From contig JASVEC010000002.1 of NCBI GenBank assembly GCA_030770535.1, forward strand, positions 1,054,001 through 1,118,000: a stretch of DNA of 64,000 nucleotides, in the 5' to 3' direction. Below the pieces are notes generated by a model, which saw only the letters and a list, made by a program, of their open reading frames with translations, had not been told where the DNA came from and ran no database searches. Positions within the stretch are counted from its first letter, which is position 1. Each line of letters starts with the position of its first letter. The translations under genes were made by a program, and so were the position numbers. The stretch comes from Batkoa obscura. Lineage: Eukaryota. This document shows, in pieces, positions 1 through 12,314 of the stretch.

Positions 1-1861
1 AATATGCTTTAACCGTATTAACTTATACTATTCATAAAATCTTGCTTATTTTTTAATCATAATAGAATCAAAAAAGATAAGCTATTGTATCAGAGAAGAT
101 AGAGAAAAGAAAAAGACTAGTTAAAAGTGATAAAATTAATCACATTATAGTCAGAAGCAAAATTGAATCCACAAATCATATAAAATGAAATAACTCTTTT
201 AACTCTCTTTTAGCTTTATTAACTTTATTAAATCTAGTATATGGACAACCATTATCGTATTCCTGCTGTTTGTTTGAACTTCAGGTACAATATGGGTCGC
301 TATATTTAATAGTAGATCCTTGATTTATTCTTCAAGCAATCGGAACTCTTATTATAACCAACCAGAGTACAATTATAATGACCTTCATAACCAGGTACAG
401 TATATAAATACTTCTACCTCTAGTCGAATGCAGTACAGGAGTTCTACCATTGACATCTAATTCCAAGAAAGAAGTGCAGTTATTCAGAATCGATCATACC
501 ATAATGGTAGGATTGTCGATACTCGAGTAGAGCATAAAGAGCTTGACTACAATTGTATTTTGATAAACTGTATTGAATCTATCGCTTGTCATCAAAGCAA
601 AAATATAAATAGAGAAGCTGAACTTGAAGTAATTGATATAGGCTTTATATACTGTACTCTTTTAACTCAAACTACTTCACGCGAAAAGATGAATGACTCA
701 GAATTAACTAAGTTTAAAAAGAAAAGGTCAAATAGTTGAACGTAATACGTGGAATAAGTATAGTGTATTATAGAATAGGAGTGAAATTTGTTGAATTAGC
801 AAGTTCTGCTTCGCAAAATAAAATGTGTTATCTAAATTTACTAATTTCATGATATATTCATTCATTGATTTATGCCCTCCACTACTAAACTAGAAGTTTC
901 ATTGCTTTTTAAATAAACTATAATGCTATTTAGTTCGCATATTAAGAAAACCGATGCTTTAGTCTCATCTTTTACACTAGTAATGTAATAAAATGAACAC
1001 ATTATCTTGCCTTCTATTCAAGTTCCCCAACCCTCTCTCATTACTATAGCTAGCTTAAACTTCTTTCTATAACTATTGGCAATTATCAAAAGGGCTTTCT
1101 GCCTGTCTTATACAATCCCTTTTCCCTTTTACTAGTGTGTAATTAAATAATTTACAATAAACTCTCCTTCTTTACTTATCAAAATGAAACTGAAACTCGT
1201 GATCCTTATGTCCAGTTCCTTACGAAACCAATCCTCCCCTCCCTCTTATTATCTTGGAATATGACCTTTCTTGCCTCAGTGACCCCTTTAGCTTATCCTT
1301 TACCCCACTTTAATCATCTGTTTAACTCAAATTTAAAATAAATATCAAAAGGTATAGCTTTGTGCTCTCTAAAAAATAAAATTATTACCATTTATTTATT
1401 AATATCAGCTATTACTAGTTTACAAATTTTCTTTAATTTTATAAAAAATACAGGACTTTCAGTTATGTAGCATTTTTAATTTTATTAACCGTTTATTATT
1501 TTATAATTAATGTAGCTGATATACTATAAAATTTTAGTTTACAATATAATAGTCATAGTAAAATTATAATTTAGTTTAATAAGTTTATTTCAAACCCAAT
1601 TTATGAGCTAAAAGCTATTCTTATACTTCTTTATGATGCTTAAGATAAGCCAGCTGTTAAAAAAATTCCTGTTAAATTTGAATAAAATAATAAAATATAT
1701 TTAAATAAAAGAATAAAAAAGATTTATTAAAGTAATATGAATTCAACAAACCACACAATAATATAGATATAATTAAAACTAAGCCCATTATTATGTATAT
1801 TTTCAATTCTCTGTTCTGGTTACATCAATTGAAATTCACTTTAATTCTGTTCATTGTCGTC

Positions 1862-3232
1862 TTATTGTATTGAATGACTTTCATTTTCTGCATTACTATT
1901 GGTTTCCATCGTAGCATTCATGTTGGCTTGATCTAATAAAATATTTTCTTCAACACCGTTATTCACTTCATTAGCCTTATTGACTTCATTACCGCTTTCA
2001 CTATTCTCTTGTAGACTTACAGCACCATTTGTTGAATTCTCTATTGAGTTATTCATCATTGTCATAGGGAGGGTATGAAAAACATCAGCAATATTAATTT
2101 GAGGTAAACTCTGACTACTTAAATGACCAAGCTCATTGTTCATATCTCCATTTCCATTTGAATCTTGATGGTTCATTTTGTTAAAATTACTGTCATGATT
2201 TACCTCAGTTGAAGTTGAATTTGCAATATTATTAAATGCTTGCTCCATACTTAGATTTGTTTCATTCGATTGATTAGGTAAAGTAAATGCTTGCTCAATA
2301 TTGAAATTTGCTCCATTAGTTTCATTATTTCCATTTTCAAATACACCTTCAAGCTGTTGGTTGTTTTCATTAGAATGCCCTGATATACTATTAAATACTT
2401 GTGACATTTCATTTCCTTGTATATTATGCCCTGATAAATTATTAAATGGATGCATGATTTGACTAATATTTTCTGTACCATGGTTAGTCATCGAATTGTA
2501 TGCATGCTCCATATTTATGTTGTTTTCTGTCCCTGGTGTTGTTAAACCATTATATGAATGACTCATTGGTATACTAGGATTATTATTGTGATTATGCATA
2601 TTATTAAGCGCATGCTCCATAGCTAAATTCGATACTGTATTTTGGGAAGATGTATTGGTAATGTTAAGATCCATATTTAAGTTATTGTTTGTCATATTCA
2701 TAGATATACTGGTGAGAGCCTGTTCTAAATTAATATCTCCTACATTTGATTTATGAATATCACCATTGTTTGGATTCACACTAAATGATTCATTCAACTT
2801 TTTAGAACTAAGACCATTTAATGGCGGAGTTGAAATTTCATCTTTTTTCATTTCACTATCATCCCCTGCTATATCTGCGTTAATCCAAGCTCCCGACCTT
2901 TTAACTTTACCAAGTTTTTTCAAATGATATTGTACCGTTTTATAAGCTACATTTAATTTCTTTGATAATGCTCTTGAAGATTGACGTGGATCTTCAGCTA
3001 ATAAAGCTTCTAATGTAGTAGAATCAATTTTTAAAGGCCTCCCAGCACGAGCATGTTTATTCAAATTAAAGTCCCCAGACTCAAACTTGTTAAACCAATA
3101 TTGGCATTTTCGATCATTGGTGGATTCAGGACCAAATACAGTACGTATATTATTCGAAGCTTCTTTCGGTTTCCTTCCTAGTTTGAATTCGTATAGCATA
3201 CAATTCCTAATATTTAATTCTTGATCTTTCAT
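1862..3232 (-). CDS. Mariner (Mos1-type) transposase double-HTH DNA-binding region fused to an Asn/Met-rich repetitive tail; putative domesticated transcription factor
   Basis: Residues ~8-117 (IRNCMLYEFKLG...WFNKFESGDFNL...RAGRP...EDPRQSSRALSKKLNV...TVQYHLKKLGKVKRSGAWI) match the mariner N-terminus up to the WVPHEL motif position. There is no DD34D domain, no TIRs were seen, and the 456-aa ORF is intact. Confidence 0.85.
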   Translation of the reverse strand: MKDQELNIRNCMLYEFKLGRKPKEASNNIRTVFGPESTNDRKCQYWFNKFESGDFNLNKHARAGRPLKIDSTTLEALLAEDPRQSSRALSKKLNVAYKTVQYHLKKLGKVKRSGAWINADIAGDDSEMKKDEISTPPLNGLSSKKLNESFSVNPNNGDIHKSNVGDINLEQALTSISMNMTNNNLNMDLNITNTSSQNTVSNLAMEHALNNMHNHNNNPSIPMSHSYNGLTTPGTENNINMEHAYNSMTNHGTENISQIMHPFNNLSGHNIQGNEMSQVFNSISGHSNENNQQLEGVFENGNNETNGANFNIEQAFTLPNQSNETNLSMEQAFNNIANSTSTEVNHDSNFNKMNHQDSNGNGDMNNELGHLSSQSLPQINIADVFHTLPMTMMNNSIENSTNGAVSLQENSESGNEVNKANEVNNGVEENILLDQANMNATMETNSNAENESHSIQ

Positions 3233-4351
3233 TGTTATTTAAAAAAATTGGGAAAAAACTTTAAATTAATTATTTTTTGGTTCATCGTTTATTACACTTG
3301 ATTTTATGCATTGCATTTTGATTGCCCAATCATTGGTTTGTATTTGCCAACTTTTGAACTTTCTAGAAATTTGCTATTTAACGGTTGGTTTGAGCAATAA
3401 TTCTTAGTGGTTCCGGTTTTATAAATTACCAATAATCCATTATGTTTTGGAATATTGGGCAACTATTCGTTCTGGGCAGTATGTCTTAGAATAACTTTAT
3501 AGAATAAAATAAATGGATATTTTTTAGTACACTACATTATTTAATAAATAAAATATTATTTATTATTCACCCTACAAAAATTATAAACTCTAAAACTAAA
3601 TCTTTTTAATCTTAAAATTATAAATCAATCGGCTTTATACTCATATTAAACCTGTTGAGTTCTTTTTGTTAATAAATAAAAACGCAAAATAAAAGCACAA
3701 ACAACGATTCATATTTGAATTAAATAATTGATCGGATTATTTACAATAATAATTTTGAATTAATTGACTTTAAAATATAGCAATCGTATTTCATTACGAT
3801 TTGTTACATAGAAATCAATTTTATTTTATATTTAAGAATTTATTTTATTGTATACTTTATTAAAACAATGGTAAATACTTTGATTTTTAACACGTCATTC
3901 ATAAAGCAATAAACTAAAGATGACCTTGAATATAATAAAATAAATATTATTGGCCAACTAAACGCAAAAACTCTAAATAAATGTAAAGTCTAGATTTAAA
4001 CTGCAAAAATAAATGAAAAAGCATCATTTTATTGCTTCAGTAATGGTCCATATTTTGTAAGTTCAAATTTTTTTAGCAAAATTCCTAATAATGATTCTCA
4101 AATATATCTATCAAATATATAAATTCACTCAAAGAACAGTTTGATTTTGAATTATTAAATAAATTGTAAGATTTAGTATATTATAACTTATTGCATTGCT
4201 TCATGAAAAATGAAAAATGTTTATAGATTTAAACAAAGATAGAAAATTTGATATGAAACTTATATGGCTTTAATTAGGACTCTTGTGCTTTAGAGTTTGT
4301 TAGTAAAATAAAAAGATGGTAATACAATATAAATAAATATTAATGTAAAAA

Positions 4352-5473
4352 TTAACGGCGATCTGGGGAGTCTTCTGCGTCCCAAACAACTCCAACAATT
4401 ACGCTAATATCGTCCAATTTTCCACCTTGATAGTACATACCCTCTAATGTTGCTCTTTCTTGAAAAGGACTTGACATATTACGTGTATTTTCAGCAACAT
4501 CCCTAGCCGCTATCTTTAGATTATTAGCTATTATTTGTGGATTTATTTCTTCTCTAATTTGTCCAAACCCAGCATCTTGACGATCAATCGATTTTTGTAC
4601 AATATCTAAAATATCGTCATCAAATAAATTATCATATAATCCATCCGATCCCAAAACTATTATATCTCCTTTTTTAACTTGTACTTTAAATCTTTGTGCA
4701 CTCAATGGATGATCTCCACCTACAATACCGAGTTGATATGGATAGTTGAAAGAATGCTGTTGTTCTTCAGTACGGAAAAGAAAATCTCCATCCCTGATTA
4801 TAGCTAATCCACAATCACCTAAATTTGCTATTCTTAATTCATCCCCTCTCAATAAAGCCAAACAGGCAGTAGTAGAGCCTTTAATTTGTTGTAAATAAGC
4901 ATCAAAGTTAGTACGGTCATAACTTTTAGCTAATATATTGACTGGATCAGCATGAAAATAATCAACAAATTCGTCAGCATCAATATCATCATATTTATTT
5001 AACTCCGAATAAACATAATGCATCAATTTACGTGAATAAAAGGCAGAGTTACCATTATTTAAACTCCATCCACCAACACCATCTGCTATCCCTAAAGCAT
5101 CACTTCTACAAAACACTGAATCTTCTCCATAACCTTTACTATAAAGGGCTTTATCTCCATCATCAGATTCCACCTTTTGTTTTTTTTTCGCTTGCCCAGA
5201 ACAGGCACTATAAAGTGAATAATTGGGGGTGTAATGATTCGTCTGTAAACCAAATTGGTTATTGATATTTTTAAAATTATAATAAACAAAATCATTAACC
5301 TGAGGTTCAGATTGTAACATGGCTTGAGCTTTTGATGGTAAAGTGGATTTGGTGTAAGCTCTTTGAAGCTTAACGTTGGAACCGTTTAACAAACATGATG
5401 CGATTCTAGAATTTGATAAAGGTTTAACTATCGATGAATTGAATTTATTAATCAAGTTAACTACGTTTTTCAT
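4352..5473 (-). CDS. PTC7: PP2C-family Ser/Thr phosphatase, PTC7-like, probably mitochondrial
   Basis: Motifs GEDS, GIADGVGGW, GSTTA, ANLGDCG, QQHSFNYPYQL, GSDGLYDN, GGKLDDISV. The ORF-track start at 5494 is TTG; the first ATG is at 5473. Confidence 0.9.
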   Translation of the reverse strand: MKNVVNLINKFNSSIVKPLSNSRIASCLLNGSNVKLQRAYTKSTLPSKAQAMLQSEPQVNDFVYYNFKNINNQFGLQTNHYTPNYSLYSACSGQAKKKQKVESDDGDKALYSKGYGEDSVFCRSDALGIADGVGGWSLNNGNSAFYSRKLMHYVYSELNKYDDIDADEFVDYFHADPVNILAKSYDRTNFDAYLQQIKGSTTACLALLRGDELRIANLGDCGLAIIRDGDFLFRTEEQQHSFNYPYQLGIVGGDHPLSAQRFKVQVKKGDIIVLGSDGLYDNLFDDDILDIVQKSIDRQDAGFGQIREEINPQIIANNLKIAARDVAENTRNMSSPFQERATLEGMYYQGGKLDDISVIVGVVWDAEDSPDRR

Positions 5474-6796
5474 GGAATATAGATTAAAATGCAATTATAT
5501 AGTCTTTCCAAAAAAAATATAAATTGTTGAATTGGAAAGAGAATAAAAAGATAATTTTGAATTTTTATTTTATTTTGTTTTATAAATAAGCATGGTAATC
5601 AGATTTTAAAACCAAGCTTTTTTTGAAAAAAATAATTCATTAATCCCTACCAACTGATGATCTCAATTCAAAACACTAACAATTAGAGCTTAAAAATTCA
5701 ATTTGATTTTGGGGCAACTTATCTTTATATAGACACAGTAGTTAAATTTCAAATCCAAAAGTAAAGTAAATTAAATTCAATACTTTATTTAACCAATCAT
5801 ATTCATTTTCCTTATCTAAAATGTCTTATCTAAAAGATAAGAAATTAACATTATCATCTTAAAATACTACTTTTGGTAGTTGTTAAAACTCGAGTTAGTT
5901 CCAATAAGTTTATTAATAAACAACTTATATAAATATTATTGGCTAAATTCAACAAATTCAAATCAATCAGCCAAAATTCATTTCAAGCAATATAATGCTT
6001 ATAATATTGTAACACTCATACTATCAGTTAACCATATTAAACTTAACGGATAGACATCATGGACATTGTGTTCATTGATAGAATAGTCATGATGTTAAAT
6101 GATATTAAAAATATTAATAAACGGTGGTTATTATCATTATTAAAATAAATTAATAATATAAAATATATGTTTTTATTGAATTCATGTGATAAAAATTAGG
6201 GAGAAAGATTCTCACGGTTTAGGATAGCTTAGTAATAAATAAAACAAAAATAAATAAAACATCAAATTTGGGGGTTGTAGGGTAATATAATAATTATAAA
6301 TTATGTATATAAAATTTTACTAAAATTATTATAAAATTATAACATTGTTATGAATCATAATATTACTTTATTAACTAATGATTGTTATTATTTTTATTTT
6401 TATTTTAGCTGTAAATGATCGAATCTGAATATTATTTTCTCATTGTTATTAGTTGTAATTTAACTTTTTAATAAATTTTGATTTTTAGGGGTAACTGCTA
6501 TTTCACTATTTTCTGTTTCAACTTGACTCAATCAGAAAGTTAGTCTTAATTTGAGCATTAATATTGCCAATCATTTTGGCTCTTAAAGTCTAAGATTTTT
6601 CTTTCGTTAGAAGCAACAATCAAGATTTAAAAAAAGTATCCCAACCCAACAGGAAAGTAAGCCATAAGCAAATAAACTCAATTTTGAATTTTATTTTTGA
6701 AATTGTTTAAAAATCACTTTATTTACTTATTTTTGAAACTTTTTTACGCTCAATTTAGCATCAAAAGAAAGTCCAAAATAATCAAAATAAAAAAAG

Positions 6797-7408
6797 ATGG
6801 TCTACCAATCGATGAATAATGCTGAAAAAATGGGATATAATTATGATCAAACTCACAAAGCTGGAAGTAATAGTCAAGAAGATTCTGAATCGGGAGAGTT
6901 ATCCCTTTATCAAGGCTTAACTAATGTGCATGAATTAAGTGTTAATTTGGGTCTTGCTATCATTGATTTCAATGCTAGTCCATCTATTAAAAATCTGGAG
7001 AAAAAATGGTAACTTTTTTTAGCTATAAAAATATAGTTCTTCCATTGAAATTAAATTGGATAATAGTAATGATTTAATTGATGGCTTGAGAGATTTATAT
7101 AAGACTAGTGATGAAACGAATTTGGAAGTACCTTTTGAAGTTATTAGGTAATAATGAAAGTTTATAAAGTTAAGTATAAAATTTAAATGGTCCAAAAAGT
7201 TGCTTTGATCAAGGTCAAAGCCCCGATTCGTACATGGCTACCTTTATGGAACAAGCAGTATCCGAAAATCAATTTTGTAAAGGTAGATTGGACACTTTAG
7301 CTGTAATTAATTTATTAATTCAATTTAATTTGATTTTATGTTTTGTTTATATAGTCGTTTGCTGATCTCCTGGAGGAAGAAATTAAGTGTAACTTTGATG
7401 AGTTTTAA
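6797..7408 (+). CDS. MED10: Mediator subunit 10 (Med10/Nut2), 4 exons
   Basis: Manual splicing gives ...NDLIDGLRDLYK..EVPFEVISCFDQGQSPDSYMATFMEQAVSENQFCKGRLDTLASFADLLEEEIKCNFDEF*, matching the Med10 pattern (P.EV..Y.D.G.NP..Y...F.E.....NQ..KG). Confidence 0.8.
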
Positions 7409-7816
7409 TTTATATATTTATTATGATATAAATAGAAAATCAATTTAGTATGAGTAGTAGTTTTTATTAATATTTTCAGTTGATAATGAATATTTAGTAT
7501 CAAAGTTTAATTTTTCCATTAAAATGGATTATTCTATTTTATATTGGAATTATTAGATTATACTACAATAAATTTTATTACAAGGCTTGGTTAATTTATT
7601 ATTAATAAGATTATTGTTATCTTTAATTATTTTGGAGAAATTCTATTATAAAAGTCAAAGTAATGTTCATCTCTTTTAATGCAGCAAAATAGGAGGTTTC
7701 TGTATAAAAGTTAGTGTTCTAATTTATTCAATTTACTTTTATATAGACGACAGACTGATTTATAAATGATTGAGGGCTAAGGTAGTGATAATAGCATAGA
7801 TACATAATCAAGATAT

Positions 7817-7914
7817 GGGGATGTATTTCTGTGTTTAAGAATTTTACTAATAATTTTTCCACTCAAATAGCGCTTAAAAGATGGAAAAGTAATGAAGCCG
7901 AAAAAAACACCCCC
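7817..7914 (+). mobile_element. MITE copy (~98 bp; reference orientation)
   Basis: GGGGATGTATTT...ACACCCCC, ATAT TSD. Confidence 0.92.
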
Positions 7915-9017
7915 ATATAGTAAAAATCAATTTATTTTTTATGATATACAATAGAAGCAGTGACAGTTTTAGAAAAGTAACTATTGGATTAGTCATCCCA
8001 ATGTAGAACGGAGTTATCTGATAAAAAAAATTAAGGATAAAAATAACACATTAGTAATGATTATTTTAAACATCTGAAGTTTCTTTAGTTGTTTATTATA
8101 TTTCAATCTTTTGTTTAAACTAGTTTTTAAAGAACGCCAACAATGATAAGATGAAGTTCATCAAAATAAAGATTAAGTCTTTAGTAGAGTGAAAGGTGAA
8201 TCATAAAGGGAACAATAGGTAATCAAAGAGCTTTTAATTCAGGATTTAATAGTTGTGAATGTGATAAAAGCTCGTAATCTACTAGTTAAAGTAAGAGTCT
8301 TATTTTATAGTGGAATAATATTAGTTATTACTTTAACTCTTTATTCGGCTTTAATTGACGAAATAGATAGCTAGCTTTGACTACTTAAACCTACATTAGA
8401 AAAAATAAAAATGACAATTTTTTAGTGATAAAAGAATACAATATATTTAAGATTGAAGTTAGCATATGAATATAATTCTGATATTTTATTGTAATAAATA
8501 ATTCATCAAACAATGTATCAAAAATTGTTTTGTTAAGTTTCTACTTTTAAAGTTATTTTTATTTCAAGTAATTTTGAGAACATTAATTTGAATTAATGAT
8601 ACTTTTTTACATAAATCATTAAACTAAATAATATAAAAATAAAAGTATAACAATCATAAATTGAATATCCAAGCATCATTGAAATGACCGATCTCATTCT
8701 AAAAACAATGCTTGTCAACTTAATTCAATAACTTTTCAAACTCAAAGATTTCTTAAAAGATCGTAAATTAAAATTACATAACTCTATTTTAATTGGATTA
8801 ATTTGATTGTAACCAATTAAATCAGAAATTAACGTCATTTGACAAAATGAATAATAAACACTCTCAAAAGATGGAGTTAAATTCGTGTAGCATATGAAAA
8901 GTAAACCAAATATTCAAGTATATAAAGACAACTAAAATCATAACGAATACTTTTTTAAATTATCTTGTATCTTCATCCTTTTTTATTTCTCTTTAATTTA
9001 GAACAAGATATCTAACC

Positions 9018-10314
9018 ATGTCCTTATTAAAAAACAGTTTATTAAAACGTGCTTTACCTAGTATATTAAAACAGACTCAATGTTTTAATTCTACAATGAG
9101 TTTCAATTTAACAGAAGAACAAAAAGAGTATCAATCCTTAGCCCGTAAATTTACTGCTGATGAAATTATACCCAAAGCTGCACATCATGATCAAACTGGT
9201 GAATATCCTGTTGAAATCTTAAAGAAAGCTTGGGAATTAGGCTTAATGAATACCCATATCCCTTCCGAATATGGTGGTTTAGGATTGGGCGTATTAGATG
9301 GTTGTATTATTACGGAAGAATTAGCTTTTGGATGTACAGGTATTCAAACAGCTATTGAAGCTAATGGATTAGCTGAAGCACCTGTAATTTTAGCTGGTAA
9401 TGATGCACAGAAAAAAAAATATTTAGGACGAATGACTGAAGAACCCTTAATGGCCGCTTATGGAGTAACAGAACCAGGAGCAGGTTCCGATGTTGCTGGA
9501 TTAAAAACAAAAGCAGTAAAGAAAGGAAATGATTGGGTTATCAATGGTCAAAAAATGTGGATTACCAATGGTGGAAAAGCCAATTGGTATTTTGTTTTAG
9601 CTAGAACTGGAGATTCTAATACTCCTACTGGTAAAGCTTTTACTGGTTTTATCGTTGATGCTGATGCCCCTGGTATTTCTGTGGGTAGAAAAGAAATTAA
9701 TATGGGTCAAAGAGCATCCGATACTAGAGGTATTACTTTTGAAGATGTAGTTGTGCCTGATGAAAATAGGTAATTATCATTTTATTTTATATTTATTATA
9801 TTGTTATTCAAATCATATGCTAAAAATAAATAATAGATTAGGTGAAATTGGTCAAGGTTTTAAAATAGCCATGGGAGCCTTTGACACCACACGACCATTA
9901 GTTGCGTCTGGAGCTGTAGGATTAACCCGCCGAGCCTTAGAAGAAGCAACCAAATATGCCCTAGAAAGAAAAACAATGGGAACACCAATTATCAAACATC
10001 AAGCAGTGGCATTTATGTTAGCTGATATGGCCATGAATTTAGAAGCATCCCGATTATTAGTGCATAAATCAGCATGGTTAAGAGATAATAAACAAAAAAA
10101 TACGCATTTAGCTTCCATGGCTAAAGCAATGGCCTCCGAAGCGGCTAATAAAGCTGCTGCTGATTGCGTCCAAATCTTTGGGGGTAATGGATTTAATACA
10201 GAATACCCAGCGGAGAAGTTGTTAAGAGACTCTAAAATATTTATGATTTATGAAGGTACTTCCCAAATTCAAAGACTTATTATTTCACGTCATTTGGCAG
10301 AGACTTATCAATAA
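9018..10314 (+). CDS. ACADM: Medium-chain acyl-CoA dehydrogenase, mitochondrial; one intron 9770-9836
   Basis: [63 protein letters not shown] intron joins the two ORFs in frame. Confidence 0.95.
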
Positions 10315-10678
10315 ACGAGGATATATATATTGTAATGTTTTCTTTTAATGATATTGAGAAATAGTAGTTTGCTATAATTGTTATTGTATTTTAATTTTAA
10401 TTACTCATGGATTGATTGATTTTAATAATCTTATTTTAATAATCTTATTTTAATAATTTTAGATAATACAAAAGAATCCAATATAATATTATCTCTATTA
10501 TCAGACATATAATTAGTATTATTACAAATATTATAAAACAATATATTATTATAATTTTAATAAGTTATAAAATTTAATAATATTATATCAACTTTTAAAT
10601 AATCCACAAGTAGTATTTTTTTAGTAAATTTAATTAAATTATCTTTTCATATAAAAAATGGACTAAATTCTTAAATTA

Positions 10679-10772
10679 GGAGTATTTTTTAATTTCGTTA
10701 CTTTTTCCATTTTTAAGCACCATTTGAGTGAAAAAGCTGCCAGCAAAATTTTTGAACAAAAAATATATGCCC
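10679..10772 (-). mobile_element. MITE copy, degenerate
   Basis: Internal ttccatttttaagcaccatttgagtg matches the family. Confidence 0.7.
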
Positions 10773-11008
10773 AATTAGTTTTCCATTTCTTATTTTTTAA
10801 TTCATCATCAAATAAGAATTAAAAAAAAGGAGAACTCAAATTTCCGTCTAAGTTATTATTTGGCTAATAAACAAGTTTGTAATGAACTGAAATAAGCCAA
10901 TTTTCAAGCTTTCAAACGAAATGATATAAAAAGAGTTGAGATGTTCAAAGTTCAATACTTTTTTCTATTCGATTTGAGCAAAAGTTGAAAGGATTGCAAT
11001 AAAGAATT

Positions 11009-12242
11009 ATGATAGATCAATTCATTTTATATCTTAAATATGCTTACTATTTATTATTGCTAAAGTTGACACAGTTATCTCAGGTAAATTATTCTAGTAA
11101 ATAAAAATAAAATAGATAGACTAAACTAAACTAAATGGTTTAAAAAATGATAGTGGATTGGTCAACCAAGCGGTACAAGTAATAATCAATTTGTTCAAAA
11201 ATTAGTTGTATTTGGTAAATCTTATATTATTTATTTATTTATTTATTATTATTATTGTTCTTATTATTTAACATTAAAAAATAATCTATTAATAATAAAC
11301 TCATTATGTTTATAAATATTAATAAACAATTAACTAACTTTTTAATTCTTAATTTTTAATTTTATATCAATAGGAGATGACTTAGCCCTTGGGTATGGAG
11401 ACAAGATATCATTTGGTAGTGGAATAGGACTCACATTTTATTTGAAAACATTATTATTTAAAGCTAAAAATATTAAACAAGAATGGAAATTATTTAATTA
11501 TGGTCAATATGGTAGTACCTCTAATCAATGGCATCCAGAAGGTCCGTTATTTAAGAAATATATTGAAAGGAATCAGACTATTGAAGGAGCAGGATTGTTT
11601 TTGTTCTCAGTTGGGATGTATGATGTTAAGTAATTAATTTTTTATCTTGAATGAAACTATGTAAGAATGGGAGTTAATTAATGTTTTTTATTTAAATAGG
11701 AAATCAGATGATTTTGATTTAATTATTAATAATATAATGGAAACAAGCGAAAAGATTAGTGAATTCGGCAAAATATATATATATACAATACCCGATTTAA
11801 CAAGAAATGTTGTACTAAAACAAGAGATTCATAAGTTTAATAAATTATTAATGGAAAGAATTAATAGGTAAATTGAGTTACTTTATTTTATATTATTTTT
11901 ACATATTATTAATTAATATTTATTTATTTATTATATTATATTATATTATTATAGTTTAAATCATCCTAATATTAAATTATTATTACAATTGGATAGTAAT
12001 AATTATGAATTTAAACGTATTGATCTTATTAATGGTAATGGCACTCATTTTAATAAAAAGGTAAATATTATTATTATTATTATTATTATTATTGTTATTA
12101 TTTCATAAAATATTAAGAATTCTAATTTTAATTCAATTTTTATTAGGGTTATCACAAAATAACTAAAGACAGTTTAGATGTGATTATTAATGATATGGTT
12201 AAATTAGAATTCAATGCTTTTTCAAAAGCATTAGGTTATTAA
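11009..12242 (+). CDS. SGNH/GDSL-like hydrolase-fold protein, multi-exon, with GDDL in place of GDSL
   Basis: Spliced product: KLVVFGDDLALGYGD...NYGQYGSTS...VGMYDV...YTIPD...NGTHFNKKGYHKI...KALGY*. Blocks I, II, III and V appear in SGNH order. Confidence 0.65.
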
Positions 12243-12314
12243 ATTACAATAAAATATAAATTATAGTATAATATAAATTAAATTAAATTAAATTAATTAA
12301 TAAATAAATATTGT

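Noticed and set aside
300..640. Possible small secreted-protein remnant on the minus strand
   Set aside because: Needs a stop readthrough and a frameshift, has no clear start and no recognisable homology.
2251..5295. Short ORFs 2251-2481, 5032-5265 and 5092-5295
   Set aside because: Alternate-frame or antisense shadows of real genes.
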